Assembly: GCF_006345805.1 (NCBI RefSeq)
Contig: NC_043006.1
Coordinates: forward strand, 54,622,001-54,686,000
Direction: 5' to 3'
DNA from: Octopus sinensis
Taxonomy: Eukaryota
DNA: 64,000 bases
Made by a program: the position numbers and the translations under genes. Shown in pieces: positions 61,211 through 64,000 of the stretch; position 1 is the stretch's first letter; each line of letters begins with the position of its first letter. Below the pieces are notes generated by a model. That model saw only the letters and a program-made list of their open reading frames with translations, was not told where the DNA came from and did not search any database.

Positions 61211-62050
61211 CAGAATGCAGTGAATAAACTGTCATCTAAATTACACAAAAAGGAAAATAACACTGACATCTCATTTTAACAGATATATTTACCAAAATTA
61301 CATAAAAATATCTTGAAATACTAAAGAGTAAACTTATTGAATAAAATTGCCACTAGCTTCAACCACAGCTTCCAGACAACTTGGAATCTCACGCAATTCT
61401 TCTGGATGGTTTCTTTGTTTAAGTTGATGAATGCTGCGATAATTCTTGCCTTCAGTTCATCTTTGATGTTACAAGGAGTTTTGTTGGTCTCTCGCTTAAC
61501 TGCACCCTACACATAATGATCAAGGGGTTTCAGTCTGGGGAGTTAGGTGGCCAAATGTTAGGTGGGATGTGGTCGCAGAAATTGTCTGACAGCCATGACT
61601 GGGTTCTCCTGCTTGTGTGGCATAGTGCAGAGTCCTGTTGTCAGATATAGGGTGTTCCAACAGCCACCCTCTTGACTCCATGTTGAGTCTGAGGCTGTGT
61701 GGGAAGATGAATGGAGACATAACATTGCCATCACTAGTGATCACTCCAAACACCATGATGTTGACTGGATATTTGATTTTTATCACTCTTGGTACATGTT
61801 TTCAGATTGCACTTTCCTCAGATTGACACCCAAACACTCTAAAATGGTCATATTGGAGCTTCTGGCACAAATGCCAAGCAGTAGAACATGTTGTTTCCAA
61901 ATTTCTGGTAGAGCAAATTGTGTCATGGTGTTGTTTTTCTCACAGACAGTACCCAACTGACCCTACTATACTATACAAAATCAAAAACAAACAATGCGCA
62001 TGCGCGACATTAAAAATATAAAATGGTGACACTTTACCCATCACACCCTG
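61211..62050 (-). mobile_element. maT-type mariner (DD37D) deletion derivative
   Basis: TIR cagggtgtgatgggtaaagtgtcac at the right end and degenerate at the left. QQDSALCH...WPPNSPD*NPLDH gives a 37-residue D-D spacing. Confidence 0.85.
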
Positions 62051-62084
62051 TATATATATATATATACTAACTTCATTTCTTTCA

Positions 62085-63465
62085 AGCCTACGTATGTCCT
62101 CAACAGTCATGGCCCATGCTTCACTGCCATGTAGCATGGCTATTTGCACACATGCATCATACAGTCTACCTTTCACTCTGAGCGAGAGGCCCTTTGTTAC
62201 CAGTAGAGGTAGGAGCTTTCTGAACTTTGCCCAGGCTATTCTTATTCTAGTGGTAATGCTCTCAGAGCATCTACCCCCACTACAGACTTGGTCACCTAGG
62301 TAGCTGAAGCTATCAACTACTTCTAGTTTCTCCTCCTGGCATGTGATGGAATCTGTTTTCTGAACATCTTCGATGTTTATTGCCCCTGTGCATCAGCCGT
62401 ACATAAAAACTATCATCCCAGTTAAACTTCCTTTGATATTGCTGCACCTCTTATGTGTCCATAGCTTGCAGTGGGTACATCTTATGAAGTTTTTACCTAT
62501 ACCTTTTCTACAGATCAAGCAGGGCCATCTACCAGAAGGGGTTTGTGATTTGTCTGCCTTACTAGGACTTTGGTTTTCACTACATTGACTCTAAAGTCCT
62601 TCAATTCTAGACCTTGCTTCCTCATCTGAAATTTCTTCTCTAGTTCCGGAGTGATTCAGCTATTTGAGTAAGGTCATCAGCATAGAGGAACTCCCAGGGA
62701 TAGCATAGAGGAACTCCTCTGGAGGACTATGATGAATAGGAGGGGGCTGAGGACTGATCCTTGGTGAACCCCTATTTCTACCTGAAATTTTTCACTATAT
62801 TTGGTGCCAACCCTCGCCTTACTGACAGCATCCCTGTACGGCTCTTACTAACCACTCATCTATCCCTAGTTTCTGCATTGCCCACCAGATAAAGGATTGG
62901 GGAACCCTGTCAAAAGCTTTCTCCAAGTCAACAAAAGCAAAGTACAGAGGTTTATTTTTGGCTATGTATTTCTCCTGCAGCTACCTTACCAGAATTATGG
63001 CATCAGTGGCACTTCTACCTGGCACAAAACCAAACTGTGTCTCATTTAGGCTGACTCTCTCCCTAATTAGTCAGACTATGACCCTCTCTATGACCTTCAT
63101 CACCTGATCCAGCAATTTGATACTCCTGTAGTTATTTCTATCTAAAGCATCATCTTTACCTTTGTAGCAGTTGACTATGGTGCTGCTATACCAGTCATTG
63201 GGTATGACTCCTTCATGAACTACCTGATTTACAATACAGGTGACTAGACTATAACCCATACCACCAGATATTTTAAGCATCTCAGTAGTGATTCCTGATG
63301 GACCGGGGCCTTTTCCTGACTTCATATCCTTAATTGCTTTATTTACCAGGGTGCTATCAATTCAAGTAGCTGGTTCCTCAACTGGGTCGACATTTGGCAG
63401 GCTCTCCTCCGCCCATTCATTCTCCACATTCATCAGTCTTTCATAATGGCATCTCCAGACCTTTT
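62085..63465 (-). mobile_element. RTE LINE RT domain and C-terminus, with stops and frameshifts
   Basis: MKSGKGPGPSGITTEMLK...NNYRSIKLL...LAFVDLEKAFDRVP...GVHQGSVLSPLLF...VDSFSYLGDQ...KGRLYDAC. Confidence 0.93.
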
Positions 63466-63483
63466 TCTTTCTGAATTTTATTT

Positions 63484-63514
<31 letters not shown>

Positions 63515-63515
63515 T

Positions 63516-63919
63516 TAATTAGAGGTTAAAATATCCTCAATAAGGGATAAAAATATCCAATGAATTACTGGTTCATTTGCCTAGTATTTTTTTGATAATA
63601 GTGATATTCATAAAACAACAAGTCTAAATATAAATTTTGGTTTATAAATATTCAAAATAAAATTCAGAAAATGGAGATGTAGCAATAATATAATTTATTA
63701 ACTGCAAAAATCCAACATAATTTGTATTTTTGCAGTTAATAAATTATATTAAAGCTACATCTCCATTTCCTGAATTTTATTTTGAATATTTATAAATCAA
63801 GATTTATATTTAGACCTGTTATTTTATGAATATCACTATTCTCAAAAAAATACTAGGCAAATGAACCAGTAATTCATTGGATATTTTTATCCCTTATTGA
63901 GGATATTTTAACCTCTAAT

Positions 63920-63921
<2 letters not shown>
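63516..63921. mobile_element. Near-perfect 406-bp palindromic foldback element inside a (TA)n array
   Basis: ~196-bp arms with about 8 differences by eye and a 14-nt spacer at 63712-63725. Confidence 0.9.

Positions 63922-64000
<79 letters not shown>

Noticed and set aside
1-64000. CRISPR arrays, operons or other prokaryotic systems
   Set aside because: The sequence is spliced eukaryotic DNA, and I saw no regularly spaced repeat-spacer array.

Overview
AT-rich (my estimate ~65% AT) animal genomic DNA dense in repeats. The SINE, RTE and microsatellite content looks like a coleoid cephalopod (Octopus); this is inferred from repeat content. Two spliced genes, both on the minus strand, can be assembled exon by exon: NME6 (four coding exons at 19536-19616, 4182-4284, 3313-3352 and 530-613; the 3' end lies left of the window) and a complete RPS21 (5'TOP first exon plus five coding exons, 83 aa, 30763-39222). 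The main finding is that the RPS21 introns hold four box H/ACA snoRNAs in two duplicated families. One family is SNORA13-like and targets 18S Psi1248. The other pairs guides for 18S Psi1238 and Psi36 in a single RNA. RPS21 intron 2 also holds two long foldback hairpins and a duplicated, unexplained CpG-rich block. NME6 intron 1 holds a ~315-bp tandem dimer with a degenerate type I hammerhead ribozyme motif in each unit. The rest is transposon-derived: Tc1 DD34E with long TIRs, mariner DD34D and DD37D, Helitron helicase, RTE, HERO, CR1/L2 and Penelope relics, several SINE families, foldback MITEs and a 5S rRNA pseudogene. I found no supportable protein gene in 39.3-64 kb.
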